62,798 bases of DNA, filler included, from Chiloscyllium plagiosum (GCF_004010195.1; 5 parts of one record of this genome joined end to end with filler, not necessarily neighbours in it); one strand, 5' to 3'. Positions 1 through 12,027 are shown, numbered from the whole stretch's first letter. Notes: generated by a model from the sequence alone, not told the origin. A program made the numbers and translations.

Positions 1-162
1 GCAACATTTAAGAGGAATTTGGATGGGTATATGAATAGGAAGGGTTTGGAGGGATATGGGCCGGGTGCTGGCAGGTGGGACTAGATTGGTTTGGGATATC
101 TGGTCGGCATGGACGGGTTGGACCGAAGGGTCTGTTTCCATGCTGTACATCTCTATGACTCT
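1..162 (+). mobile_element. CR1 (HER1-type) LINE 3' end
   Basis: ORF2 end (TFKRNLDGYMNRKGLEGYG) and 3' tail GGACCGAAGGGTCTGTTTCCATGCTGTACATCTCTATGACTCT, near-identical to 59330-59492 and to the reverse complement of 35716-35880. Confidence 0.92.
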
Positions 163-433
163 CAGCATGGTATTCCAACCGGAACCCTATCAACAAACAC
201 ATTGAGTTGGATTCCATTTACCACCCCCTGAGAAAAAGAACCGGAAATGCCATTACTATATGACATGACATCATCACAGGAAATGACAGCACCAATCCAA
301 GGAAACCCAAACCCATAAATAGAAAGCAGGCTATACCACCAATGCTTCATCCGGAGGCTCACTGAAGATGTTACCTAGTATGGTGATGAAATGTCTGAAA
401 ATGAACCTTCCAGCTCAGTGAGCCAACCTGCAT
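163..433 (+). mobile_element. Penelope-like element 3' fragment (GIY-YIG C-terminus plus pLTR with decayed hammerhead)
   Basis: Peptide AWYSNRNPINKHIELDSIYHPLRKRTG; CTGAAGA-T-GTTACC-loop-GGTGAT-GAAA-TGTC at 362-395. Confidence 0.7.
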
Positions 434-734
434 GCAGAGGGCACAGATTAAAGGTGTCCTGAGGCATTATCAGTGAAATGCATCATCTGCTGAAGCAAAA
501 CTTATGCAGGAATGAATATGTGACAATCAAATCCTGATGACCATAAAGATTATATCTGCTTGGAATTCTTTTGCTAGTGACTTGATTCAAGGAATAATGA
601 GGGAGTTGTAAAGTATTTAATAATCCTTGACTCCAAATAAATCTCGGATGTCACTGATGCTATTTTTGCAAGATTACATGAGTTTACATATTTCCCCATG
701 ACAAGGTGAGCCCATGCAGTGGGAGTCAGAGTCC

Positions 735-3112
735 AGAGATAGTGTATTCCGGTTCATGTGAAAGGAAAGGCGAGACAAATTGAGGGTTTGATTAAGAAAA
801 AGAAGGAAGCATATGTCAGGTTTCAACAGGATAGATCTGGTGAGTCCTTAGAAGAGTATAAAGACAGTAGGAGTATAGATTAGATTAGATTACTTACAGT
901 GTGGAAACAGGCCCTTCGGCCCAACAAGTCCACACCGACCCACCGAAGCGTATACCACCCAGACCCATACTCCTACATTTACCCCTTCACCTAACACTAC
1001 GGACAATTTAGCATGGTCAATTCACCTAACCTGCACATTTTTGGATTGTGGGAGGAAACCGGAGCACCCGGAGGAAACCCACGCAGACACGGGGAGAATG
1101 TGCAAACTCCACACAGAGAGTCGCCTGAGGCAGGAATTGAACCCGGGTCTCTGGCGCTGTGAGGCAGCAGTGCTAATCACTGTGCCACCATGCCGTCCAC
1201 TGTGCCACCGTGCCGCCCACAAGAAGGAAATCAGGAGGGCAAAAAGGGGGCATGAGATAGCTTTGGCAAATAGGGTTAAGGAGAATTCAAAGGGTTTTTA
1301 AAAATACATTAAGGACAAAAAGGTAACTCGGGAGAGAATGGGGCCCCTCAAAGATCAGCAAGGCAGCCTTTGTTTGGAGCCACAGGACTTGGGGAAATAC
1401 TAAATAAGTATTTTGCATCAGTGTTTACTGTGGAGAAGGACATCGAAGATATAGAATGTTGGGAAATCGATGTTGACATCTTGAAAGATGCCTATATTAC
1501 AGAGGAGGAAGTGCTGGATGTCTTGAAATGCATAAAGTTAGATAAATACCCAGGACCTGATCAGGTGTACTGTAGAACTCTATGGGAAGTCAGGGAAGTG
1601 ATTGCTGGGCCCCTTGCTGAAATATTTGTATTGTCGATAGTCACAGGTGAGGTGCCAGAAGACTGGAAGATGGTCAACATGATGCCACTATTTAAGAAAG
1701 ATGGTAAGGACAAGCCAGGGAACTATAGACCAGTGAACCTGACATCGGTGGTGAGCAAGTTGTAGGACGGAATCCTGAGGGACAGGATTTACATGTATTT
1801 GGAGAAGCAAAGACTGATTAAGGATAGTCAACATGACTTTGTGCGTGGAAAATCATGTCTCACAAACTTGATTGAGTTTTTTGAAGAAGTAACAAAGAGG
1901 ATTGATGAGGGCAGAGCAGTGGACATAATCTATGTGGATTTCAGTAAGGCATTCAACAAGGTTCACCATGGGAGACGTATTAACAAGGTTAGATCGTATG
2001 GAATACAGGGAGAATTAGCCATTTGGATACAGAACTGGCTAGAAGGTAGAAGACAGAGGGTGATGGTGGAGGGTTGTTTTTCAGACTGGAGGCCTGTGAC
2101 CAGTGAAGTACCACATAGATCGGTGCTATGTCCACTACTTTTTGTCATTTATATAAATGATTTGGATGTGAGCGTAGGAGGTATAGTTAGTACGTTTGCA
2201 GATGACACTAAAATTGGAGGTGTAGTGGCCAGTGAAGAAGGTTACCTCAGATTACAATGGGATCTTGATCAGATGGGTCAATGGGCTGAGGAGTGGCAGA
2301 TGGAATTTAATTTAGATAAATGTGAGGTGTTGCAATTTTGGAAAGCAAATCTTAGCAAGACTTATACACTTAATGGTTAGGTTCTCGGGAGTGTTGCTGA
2401 ACAAAGAGACTTTGGAGTGCAGATTCATAGCTCCTTGAAAGTGGAGTCACAGGTAGATAGGATAGTGAAGAAGGTGTTTGGTACGCTTTCCTTTATTGGT
2501 CAGAGCATTAAGTACAGGAGTTGGGAGGTCATGTTGCAGCTGTGCAGGACATTGGTTAGGCCACTTTTGGAATATTGTGTGCAGTTCTGGTCTCCTTCCT
2601 ATCAGAAGGATGTTGTGAAACTTGCAAGGATTGAGAAAAGATTTACAAGGATGTTGCTAGGGCTGGAAGATTTGAGCTATAGGGAGAGGTTGAATAGGCT
2701 ATTTTCCCTGGAGCGTTGGAGGCTGAGGGGTGACTTTATAGAGGTTTATACAATCATGAAGGGCATGTTTAGGATAAATAGGCAAAGTTTCTTCCTGGGG
2801 TGGGGGAGTCCAGAACTGGAGGGCATAGGTTTAGGGTGAGAGGGGAAAGATATAAAAGAGACCTAAGGGGCAACTTTTTCACTCAGAGGGTGTTTGTGTA
2901 TGGAATGAGCTACCAGAGGAAGTGGTGGAGGCTGATACAAATATAGCATTTGCGAGACATCTAGATGGGTACATGAGTAGGAAGGGTTTGGAGGGATATA
3001 GGGCAGGTGCTAGCAAATGGGACTAAATTAGGTTGGGATATCTGGTCAGCATGTAAGAGTTGGACTGTGGGGTCTGTTTCCTTGCTGTACATCTCTGTGA
3101 CTCTATGGCTCT
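735..3112 (+). mobile_element. CR1 LINE, 5'-truncated, decayed ORF2 (RT) and 3' tail
   Basis: ORFs 1370-1765, 1793-2380, 2417-2839 carry PGNYRPVNLTSVV, SQHDFVRGKSCLTNL, YVDFSKAF, FADDTK, LVRPLLEYCVQFWSP; stops and frameshifts; tail CTCTGTGACTCTATG. Confidence 0.95.
878..1218 (-). mobile_element. HE1-type V-SINE inserted in CR1
   Basis: tRNA-like head, V-domain GTGTGGAGTTTGCACATTCTCCCCGTGTCTGCGTGGGTTTCCTCCGGGTGCTCCGG, CR1-like tail and (AATCT)n. Confidence 0.93.
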
Positions 3113-3124
3113 CATGCTGCTTTC

Positions 3125-3260
3125 TCTTATGTGCAGTGAGTCTGAGAGTGCCCTGTCACCACAATCTGCAGTTTGTCAATCAAGAAGGCTTCCATTCCAT
3201 TAATGTTTAAATTGTCTATGACCATTGGTGCCAGATACTGGAGGTCTGCACTTAACATTC
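3125..3260 (+). mobile_element. PIF/Harbinger transposase (HARBI1-like) relic
   Basis: VSLRVPCHHNLQFVNQEGFHSINV*IVYDHWCQILEVC resembles the NRKGFHS(I/L)NVQxVCD motif. Confidence 0.7.
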
Positions 3261-4144
3261 TCAGGGCTGGCCTGATGTTTACACACTAGTGAACTCCCAG
3301 GTTCTTGCCTGCTTCCAAGATCCTTTGGCCCTACAGAGATGGCTACAGGGTTACAAGGATTAGCCCTTTCAAACATGGCGAATTACTCCTTCACAAAACT
3401 CTCAGACACACACTGACTGAAGATATAATAATGCCCATGCATTAATAAAACAGGTCATATAGATCATAGGCTTCCTTAAAAATGAGATTTTGATGTCTCG
3501 ATAACTCAGGCAGAAACTCACGGTATAACCTAAGGTTATACCATATTATTGTGGCATGCTGTGTCCTTTACAACTGGCATCAACAAGTCAGGAAAGTCCT
3601 GGATGCAGAAGAAATGGCCCGGGGGTAGGTGTTAACAGCTCTCTTCTGTGGATGAAGATGTGGATGGGAACCATATCATTGACTGGAAGGCAATTTCACG
3701 AGACCATAATAGGGCCATGCAATATTGAGTTTGAGAAGCCAGATAGAACTAATTGAAACCCACTTCCAGGAAGAATGAACTGGATTTGGATTTTATTATG
3801 TCATATTTTGTTGTTTCTATGATAAGCAGCCCTTGACCAGTTTACACTATAGGTGGACCAGGTTATTTCTGTACTCTAACATTTTCTGTTGATGAATACA
3901 TTTTGTTTTTTCACATGACTTGATGCATGTTATCTTCAAGTGATTCTACCTTAATGTATCTGCACTTTGCAGGTCCTCTTCACAGTTTGAAGAAAAAACA
4001 ATTGGTGAGAGCTGTAACATGTGAGCTGCCATTGTCCAAGTCCCAACCTTGAATGGCAGTGTATTCCTTTGAAAAGTTGAAAGAATGATTCATTGCCTCC
4101 AGGAATGTATGGACTCATCAATGACTCTGTAGTCTCACACACAA

Positions 4145-4359
4145 TTCTGGATTAGTGGTGCTGGAAGAGCACAGCAGTTCAGGCAGCATCTGAGGAGCAG
4201 TAAAATCGACGTTTCGGGCAAAAGCCCTTCATCAGGAATAAAAGCTTTTGTCCGAAACGTTGATTTTACTGCTCCTCGGATGCTGCCTGAACTGCTGTGC
4301 TCTTCCAGCACCACTAATCCAGAGTCTGGTTTCCAGCATCTGCAGTCATTGTTTTTACC
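4145..4359. mobile_element. Short inverted (fold-back) Penelope pLTR insertion with 15-bp TSD
   Basis: Two opposed pLTR arms; TSD TAGTCTCA(C/T)ACACAA at 4130-4144 and 4360-4374. Confidence 0.88.
4208..4235 (-). ncRNA. Minimal hammerhead ribozyme core (PLE type)
   Basis: Minus strand CTGATGA-A-GGGC-TTTT-GCCC-GAAA-C-GTC; palindromic ACGT helix III. Confidence 0.75.
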
Positions 4360-4474
4360 TAGTCTCATACACAAGGTTGGTGTAGGTGTAGATGCTGTAT
4401 GTGAGGATTTTCCTACCACATTCCACTTAACATTGATTGTAACCTTACTGTTGTCTGCATTAACGTGAACGGTG

Positions 4475-4640
4475 TTAGTGAGGCCACATCTGGTGTACTG
4501 TGTCTAGTTTTACTTCCTGTATTTAGGAAAGGATAAACTGGCATTTGAGACTGTTCAAAAGAGATTCACTAGCCTGATTCCAATGATGAAAGGTTGACTT
4601 ATCAAGAATGGATGAACATGTTAGGTCTTTATTCATTTGT
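4475..4640 (+). mobile_element. Old CR1 ORF2 fragment
   Basis: LVRPHLVYCV*F ... ETVQKRFTSLIP motif, highly diverged. Confidence 0.7.
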
Positions 4641-5607
4641 ATTGGCAAGTCTACCTCCTGTATCTTCCACCAACTCAGATACTGACACTGTCAGTGGGTA
4701 TTTTATCTAGATTAGAGTTGGGACATGTAGATTAGAGTTGGGACCTGGATGACATGTAGCTCATGTCATCCAGGGTCTGGTAAGATTTGGTCCAAGGTGT
4801 TGCAAATAATTGTTTTAATTAGATCCTCAATTGCCTATATGTTGTTTTGACCCAAGTTCAAAAACGGTATTGTCCGATATTCCCATCAGTACACAAAACT
4901 TAAATAAATTTTCACATTTTGTTAAATCCATATTTGCAATATTACAATCCAGAGAAATTACTTGATTCATAATATTAGTAATCAGCCCAGTTTCAAAATT
5001 TTCATTTTCACTGTAGAAGTTTGAAAGCTGTTTTTTTTTCTGGGCCTGATGTACAAACAATCAAGTTCTTGGGGGAAAAAAGTGATTTCATTAGCTATTA
5101 CATTTAGCCCAGTAACTTTATTCTATGATTTAAGTTTTATCTTTGGGAATAGACTACGGTAACTCATCATTCTAGTCCATTAACGATTAGTTTACGAAAG
5201 CCCACAGGTATTTGTTTAAATTCTATCCGTTCACAAAATGAACATTTATTTTCATTAAAGGACAATAATAATCTGTCACTAATTGAAAATATAATCAGTT
5301 TTCCATGAAATAATTTTGCCAGTTGAATTTGTCAAACAAACCTATTAAAATCTAGATGTGACTGGAAAAAGATAACTTGCATTTGAATGGTTACCTTGGA
5401 CTGGAATTTAGTTTTACTAAATTGTTTGACAGTATAGATAGATACTGTAAATTTAATATAAATAGCAAAAGCTGGGAAATACGTAGAAGTGAAGAGAGAA
5501 AACAGTGTTAATGCTTCTGGCTCATGGGCTTTTGATAGTAGATCATTGACCTGAAACATTAATTGTTTCTATCTCCATAAATGATGCCTGATCCTTTGAA
5601 TATTTTG

Positions 5608-6166
5608 AGGAGAAAGTGAGGTCTGCAGATGCTGGAGATCAAAGTTGAAACTTTATTGCTGGAACAGCACAGCAGGTCAGGCAGCATCCAGGGAACAGGA
5701 GATTCGACGTTNNNNNNNNNNNNNNNNNNNNNNNNNNNNNNNNNNNNNNNNNNNNTTAATTAATTAANNNNNNNNNNNNNNNNNNNNNNNNNNNNNNNNN
5801 NNNNNNNNNNNAAGAGGCAGTCATAGCTGGGGCCCATGCGGGTGCCCATGGCTACTCCTTTTGTTTGGAGAAAGTGGGAGGATTGGAAAGAAAAGTTGTT
5901 CAGGGTGAGGACCAGTTCGGTCAGTCGAAGGAGGGTGTCGGTGGAAGGGTACTGGGTGGTACGGCGGGAAAGGAAGAAGCGGAGTGCTTTGAGTCCTTCG
6001 TGATGGGGGATGGAGGTGTACAGGGACTGGATGTCCATGGTGAAGATGAGGCGTTGGGGACCGGGGAAGCGGAAATCCTGGAGGAGGTGGAGGGCGTGGG
6101 TGGTGTCACGAACGTAGGTGGGGAGTTCTTGGACTAATGGGGACAGGACCGTGTCGAGGTATGCCG
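5608..6166 (-). mobile_element. Young Penelope-like element (RT fragment plus pLTR) spanning a gap, 10-bp TSD
   Basis: ORF MDIQSLYTSIPHHEGL...LVLTLNNFSF...QTKGVAMGTRMGPSY (PLE RT motifs); pLTR end at 5608-5711; TSD ATATTTTGAG at 5600-5609 and 6167-6176. Confidence 0.9.
5712..5811. other. Assembly gap with artificial TTAATTAATTAA linker (also 18286-18385, 28665-28764, 58581-58680)
   Basis: 44 N + TTAATTAATTAA + 44 N, identical at all four sites. Confidence 0.97.
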
Positions 6167-6802
6167 ATATTTTGAGCCTTTGCTGTTTCTGTTTTCGAAG
6201 AAGTACTAAGTATCTTTTAGTCCAATGACAATAAAGTCAAGACCCTTTGGTAATTTTGTTTAACATCTCAATCTTTGTCACTTTTCCAAGGCTTTGACCT
6301 AATTTTTACTGTTTATTTTTGTATTTTCTTTATTTTTCCTGTATTTTTTCTGCATGAGCTAAAAGTTAAACAAGTCAAGGGAAGTTTGGAGAAAGAACTG
6401 TTCTTGTGGTTTTCTTGCTGTACTCTTATACTAAATGTGAAATCATATTTTTCAAATTATATTTAGGACTGTGTCCTGCATATTTTTGGTTAAGTGTGAA
6501 TTGCATTGTTTTTTTGGAGGGATTCTCAGCATGAACCTGAGTGAGATTTCTCATTGTATTTGGGAAAACTCAATTCGTTAACTATCATCTCATCCTATGG
6601 TGTCCCTCATGTCTGATTCCAATTCTACCTTCCCATGTGTCTTTCCCAGAAGAATTTGCCACTCTGCATCCCTTGCACTGGCTTTCTTTTGTGTAGCTGT
6701 TATGCACCTGGAAAGTATCGACAGCACTGCCCTCACTGGCAGCTTATGGTACAGCAGTCACAAAGCCACACTGCTTCTGGCTGACACTCCCTCACACAAA
6801 AC

Positions 6803-7500
6803 CATGCAGTACAGAAGAGGCCCTTTGGCCCATCAAGTCTGCACTGACAGGACCTACTCTAAGTCTACTCCATTTCCACTTTCCAATACTTGACCTGTAG
6901 TAAATGTTATAACATTTCTCATGCTCATCCAAGAATTTTTAAAAGGTTGTCAGGTTTCCTGCCTCAAATACCTTCTCACGCAGTGCATTTCAGATTCCCA
7001 CCTTCCTCTGGGTGAATAAAAAACTCAAATTCTCTTAAACCTCTTGCTTTTCATTTTAAAATTATGCCACCTTGTTATTGACCCTTCAACTAAGGGAACA
7101 GCTGCTTTCTATCCACTCTGTACATACCCTCATAACCTCATCTCAGTCAGCTCTCCCAAACCTTCTTTTCTGTAAAGAAAACAACTCAAGCCTATCCATC
7201 CTCTTTTCATAGATAAATTGCTCCATCCCATGCAACGTCATAATAAATCTCCTCTGCACCGGTCTTCAGTGTAACATATCCTTCCTAGAGTGCACTGACC
7301 AGAACTGCACACAGTCCTGCATCTGTGACCTAACCAAAGCTTCATACAGCTCCTACATGATCTCCTGCTCTTATAACCCATGCCATGACTGATAAAGGCA
7401 AGTGTCTTATATGTCTCCTTAACCTACCTTGCCACTTTCAGGTATATGTGGACAAGCACTCTCTTCCTATGAGTTTCATAGTGTCCTGCAATTCATTGAG
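6803..7500 (-). mobile_element. Old CR1 LINE 3' part
   Basis: Reverse complement shows the CVQFWS-like motif (~7300) and a CR1-type tail (GGGCCAAAGGGCCTCTTCTGTACTGCATGGTT). Confidence 0.75.
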
Positions 7501-7759
7501 TACTCCATTGCACTAGTCACCATTTAACCATCAGCCCACATACTTTACCTGTCCTTAGATACATCCATCTAAGCAGAGACCACTTTGGGTCTCTGCTACT
7601 CTTTCTCCAAGGTCCAGTGGTCACTTGCATCTTGGCATTGTCCACTGAAGCAATATCATATACATCACGTACCTAACTTTAACTTTTACTAACAGCCAGC
7701 AAAAGATATCGCAAAGGAAATGAATACAGGCTCCAGTTTTCTCCCACAATGTAAAGCAA

Positions 7760-8000
7760 ATGATGGCATCTATGATGGACTGCTGCACCCAGCTAGCATC
7801 TACTGGAACTGAATGTCAACAAGGACCCGTGTGCATTGTGATACCTGATGCAACTTAGCTCTTTGATGGTCAAGGTCATCTTCAGTTTTTTCAGTGAAAC
7901 ACAATGCAAGTTGGGAGTGCAATACCTCATGGTCCATTAAACACTTTCCAGCTCTGGAGTCCGTATTGAAGTTGACAACAGCCTGACACCATACTCTTAT
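7760..8000 (-). mobile_element. Possible Harbinger transposase relic
   Basis: GKCLMDHEV...CTRVLV weakly resembles GWLLGDxGY...HxxTRxxVE. Confidence 0.35.
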
Positions 8001-8464
8001 TCTCATACATTTCCCCCAACACCACCCCCACCATGGTTGTGTTGTGCTTGACTCTTGACTCTTGTTTCCTCCTTTTTACACCTTCATTTACACCCATTTC
8101 ATATCCCTAACTTTCCTTTAGAACCATGACCAATACCTTTATCTTTTGCTCTGGCAGCCCTTGAAGTCTGTTTCATTCGTTTGTCCTGCCCTTTGTCAAC
8201 AACATAATTTTACCATTTTCTGGTTCCACTCTGTTCTGCAGAAGAGATATACCAGACTTGAAATCTTAAATCTTTGCAGACACTGGCAGAACTGCTATAT
8301 TTACCCATCATTCCCTATACTTGTTTCAGATTATCAGCATTACATTATTTTGCATTTATTCTTTATTTAGTCATCTTTCTCGAACTCAATGTCCTCATCT
8401 TTGTCCTCAGATGACTGCTTCTGTTCACTGGCTCCTCAGCATTAATCACATCATCTTGCTGTCT

Positions 8465-8620
8465 GCTCCAATTATGTTGAACACAGCATGTCAGGCTGGT
8501 GTGGCATACTCTTTATGAACTACACTGGAGGGTCCTCCAGACCATTCCAAGTTGTGGAATCAGGCTTTCAGCAGATTCCATGATCGACAAGAAATTTGTG
8601 CAGGTTCCATGCCAGCTAGG
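8465..8620 (-). mobile_element. PIF/Harbinger transposase C-terminal relic
   Basis: LLKA*FHNLEWSGG / LQCSS*RVCHTSLTCCVQHN resembles GLLKxRFRCLDxSGGxLQY...ACCVLHN. Confidence 0.6.
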
Positions 8621-9310
8621 TGGCCAACATGTTCATCAATAAAGGAGAGTCTGCAGCTCTTTGACCACCCTCTCATCCCAGACCTATCTCAACTATTCCA
8701 CTTCCTATTGAATTCACTAGAGTCTATCAACATTCATACATGACATATGAAGTAGTGATGTTCCCCTCACCCCACAGTACCCCTGAAAGACCATAAGTGA
8801 ATGGCATGCTTTTGCCAGCATTTGTCTCCTTTTAAGTTATAGCAGCAAACTTCAGCATAACTGAGACTAGCACCAATAGCGTAGCATAGTCTGCCTTTGA
8901 TTAACAATAAGACAATAGCATATTCATTGGTGTTACCAGATCTGAATCCCACACCAGCAACATCCTGAGGTTACCAGTGACTAGAAACTGAACTGGGCTA
9001 CCGATGCAATTATTGTGGTCCCAAGAGCTAAGCTGTCAGTTGTGTGAATTTTCAAGGAAAAGGTGTTTTGGCTCACAGGATTGGATCTGAGATGAAGCAG
9101 TTAAGTCAACCCTACAGATTTTACAGGTAAGGGAACTTTACAGAAAAGAAGGTTTGGGAGAGCTGACTGATTTTGATTAGCTGTAAATGATATTGTTGGA
9201 GAATAAATGGGATTTTGTTTTGAAATATTTCAAATTGTATTACATTTAAACGGCTTCAATTTTTTTGTTATTTCTTGTCTGTATCAAACTTCTATTTTAT
9301 TATTAGAACT

Positions 9311-9627
9311 GGTGGCACAGTGGCATAGTGGTTAGCACTGCTGGTTCACAGTGCCAGAGACCCGGGTTCAATTCCCGCCTCAGGCAACTGTCTATGTGGA
9401 GTTTGCACATTCTTTCTGTGTCTGCGTGGGTTTCCTCCGGGTGCTCCGGTTTCCTCCCACAGTCCAAAAATGTGCAGGTTAGGTGAATTGGCCATGCTAA
9501 ATTGCCCGTAGTGTTAGGTGAAGGGGTAAATGTAGGGGAATGGGTCGGGGTGGTTGCTCTTCGGAGGATCGGTGTGGACTTGTTAGGCTGAAGGGCTTGT
9601 TTCCACACTGTAAATAATCTAATCTAA
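9311..9627 (+). mobile_element. HE1-type V-SINE
   Basis: Full head, V-domain and (AATCT)n tail. Confidence 0.92.
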
Positions 9628-9823
9628 ACCAAATATTCAGCCTTGTGTCCTTACATTTCATGAAATATTGCCACGTTAAATTACAAAGAAAAACAAAATA
9701 TGATCTTTCAAGTCTGATTCGATTCTGGGATTTGACTTGTCTAGAAGTGACACCAACTGAGGTCATAACACCCAAAATCAATGTATTTTAATACCGACAC
9801 AATATCTGTTCTGGTTAAAAATT

Positions 9824-10184
9824 GGGGAGGCGATGGCCTAGTGGTGTTATCACTGGACTGTAAATCCAGTGACCCACATAAAATTCTGGTGACCTGGGTT
9901 TGAATCCTGCCACAGCAGATGATGGAATTTTAATCCAATAAAAATCTGGAATTAAGAGTCTAATGATGGCCAAGAATCCATTGTCTATTTTCAGGAAAGA
10001 AAAACCCATCTGGTTCACTAATGCCCTCTAGGGAAGGAAACTGCCATCCTTACCTGGTCTGTATTACTTGTGACTCCAGACTCACAGCAAAGTGGTTGAC
10101 TCTTAACCACCCTCTGGGATGGGCAATAAATGTTGGTCTATCCAGCAAAGCCGTCATCCAGTGAATGAATAAAAAATAAAAAAA
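9824..10184 (+). mobile_element. tRNA-headed bipartite SINE (5' and 3' ends of the 15014-19496 LINE)
   Basis: A-box TGGCCTAGTGG 9834-9844, B-box GGTTTGAATCC 9897-9907; body matches 15014-15302; tail GGGATGGGCAATAAATG...TGAATGAAT(A)n. Confidence 0.85.
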
Positions 10185-10484
10185 TTGTGTCCACAAGAAA
10201 TTTGTGCTGTAATGTATCAGTAAGAATCAAATAGGAAATTGACTAAACAAAACTCTTCTTACACCTTGCCAGTTTCAATCCTCTACATACTTTTGGTAAC
10301 ATAAACTACCTTATACAACAAAGTGTTGCAGTTAATAGTAACTGCTGTTTTTCACAATAGACTTTAGTCGAAGCAATGTGCAGTATTTAAAGTTTTTGAT
10401 TTTGATTACTTTAAACTATAAATTGTGCTTGTAAAATGCTTGCTTGCAAGGGTTAATGCACATTGAATTTATATTACACTATAT

Positions 10485-10825
10485 AGATCATTGGTGAGAC
10501 CACACTTAGAGCAATAGTTTTGTTCTTATTTAAGGAAGGATATACTTACTTTGGAGGCAGTTCAAAGGTGGCTCACAAGGTTGATTCCTGGACTGGAATG
10601 GTTGTCTAATGAAGAAAGGTTGAAGAATGAGAAGAGGTCTTACCTGAAACATAGTATTCTGAAGGGGCTTGATAGGAAGATGCTTAAAGGATTTTTCCCT
10701 TCATGGGGAATTCTATAGATAGGTGCCATAGTTTCTTTCAGCAGGTCACTACTCTTTGGAATTGTCTATGCTTGACAGCTGTACTGGGTCATTGAATATA
10801 TTCAAAGCTGTGTTAGACAGATTCC
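10485..10825 (+). mobile_element. Old CR1 3' fragment
   Basis: YRSLVRPHLE-like start; diverged ORF2 C-terminus. Confidence 0.65.
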
Positions 10826-10827
10826 CC

Positions 10828-10959
10828 ACATTCCTGATGAAGGGCTTATGCCTGAAACATTGACTCTTCTCCTCCTCGGATGCTGCCTGACTTGCTGTGC
10901 TTTTCCAGAGCCACACCATTTGACTCTGATCTCCAGCATCTGCAGTCCTCACTTTCTCC
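10828..10959 (+). mobile_element. Penelope pLTR stub starting at the hammerhead
   Basis: CTGATGA-AGGGCTTATGCCT-GAAAC at 10834-10858, then the pLTR tail; short TSD CAGATTC at 10818 and 10960. Confidence 0.85.
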
Positions 10960-11373
10960 CAGATTCTCCTCAAGGGCAGGTGGGCCACCTATGCCTTCAT
11001 TTCCCCACCTCATCCCACCAAAAATTTCAGACTGGTCAGGGTGCACTGATGTATGGTGGAAAAGCCTGGATGCATGCCTTTAAAGTTGCTTGTGTTGGAG
11101 TATAAAATCCTGCCCACAAACACACAGTAAAATAAAGGAGCAGAGAATAAAGGGATGTCTAGTGTATCAACATGCTCTAGAAGTTGAAAGTGCAAGCCCT
11201 GAGTAACTTTCAGCATGTGATAACATCAAGACAAAATTAACTGTTTGTTCAGCCTGGGACTGGTAAACAACCACAGGAAAGAAAACAAACTCCCAGAAAA
11301 CAAAGTATACATGGTCAGTGACAGCCTACATTATGGAAAAGCCTATAATCCTCACAGAGCCAAATGAATGTTC

Positions 11374-11722
11374 ACTGGATAGGGTGAATAGCCAAGTCTT
11401 TTCCCCAGTGTAGGAGAGTCCAAAACTCCAGGGCATAGGTTTAAATTGAGAGGGGAAAGATTTAAAAGGGACCTGAGGGGCAATGTTTTCATGCAGAGGG
11501 TCGTGTGTGTATGGAACAAGCTGCCAGGTGAAGTGGTGGAGGCTGGTACGATTATAACATTTAAAATGCATCTGGATAGACGACCAGGAAGGGTTTAGAG
11601 TGATATGGGCCATATATGGGCCAAATGCTGGCAAATGATATGAGATCAGTTTAGGATATCTGGCCAGTGTGGATGAGTTGGAGCAAAAGATCTTTCTCCG
11701 TGCTGTATAACTCTATGATTCT
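11374..11722 (+). mobile_element. CR1 LINE 3' end
   Basis: GGGCATAGGTTTAAATTGAGAGGGGAAAGA...CTCTATGATTCT tail. Confidence 0.88.
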
Positions 11723-12027
11723 AAAACACCTTCAAAAGAAGAGACAAGATTGGCAATGAAAATTGGTGGAGTAAAAAATAAAAACATACCATGTATTTTC
11801 ATCATAAAAATATAACTCTGAAGAAGATGGAGAATATCAACCACAAGAGTGCACTGTTGCATTACTATTTCCAGCTCTACCTAGCTCCATCTGATAAAAG
11901 CTAAAGGAACTGCAACCATTTTTATCATAAAGCAGTTTTTGGCACAAGTCAATATTAATGGAAATCTATGCATTTTTTGAGTGTAAAATTTATTCCATTA
12001 CATTACATAGAAGGTATTTATAGAGAT

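Noticed and set aside
1022..1301. Recurrent ORFs such as MDCGRKPEHPEETHADTGR and MWKQALRPNKST
   Set aside because: Chance readings of HE1 SINE copies
5756..5767. TTAATTAATTAA palindrome recurring four times
   Set aside because: Always centred in 44N+12+44N; an artificial all-frame-stop scaffolding linker, not biology
9834..9907. tRNA-like A/B boxes as possible tRNA genes (also the HE1 heads)
   Set aside because: They are SINE/LINE heads continuing into repeat bodies; no complete cloverleaf is evident
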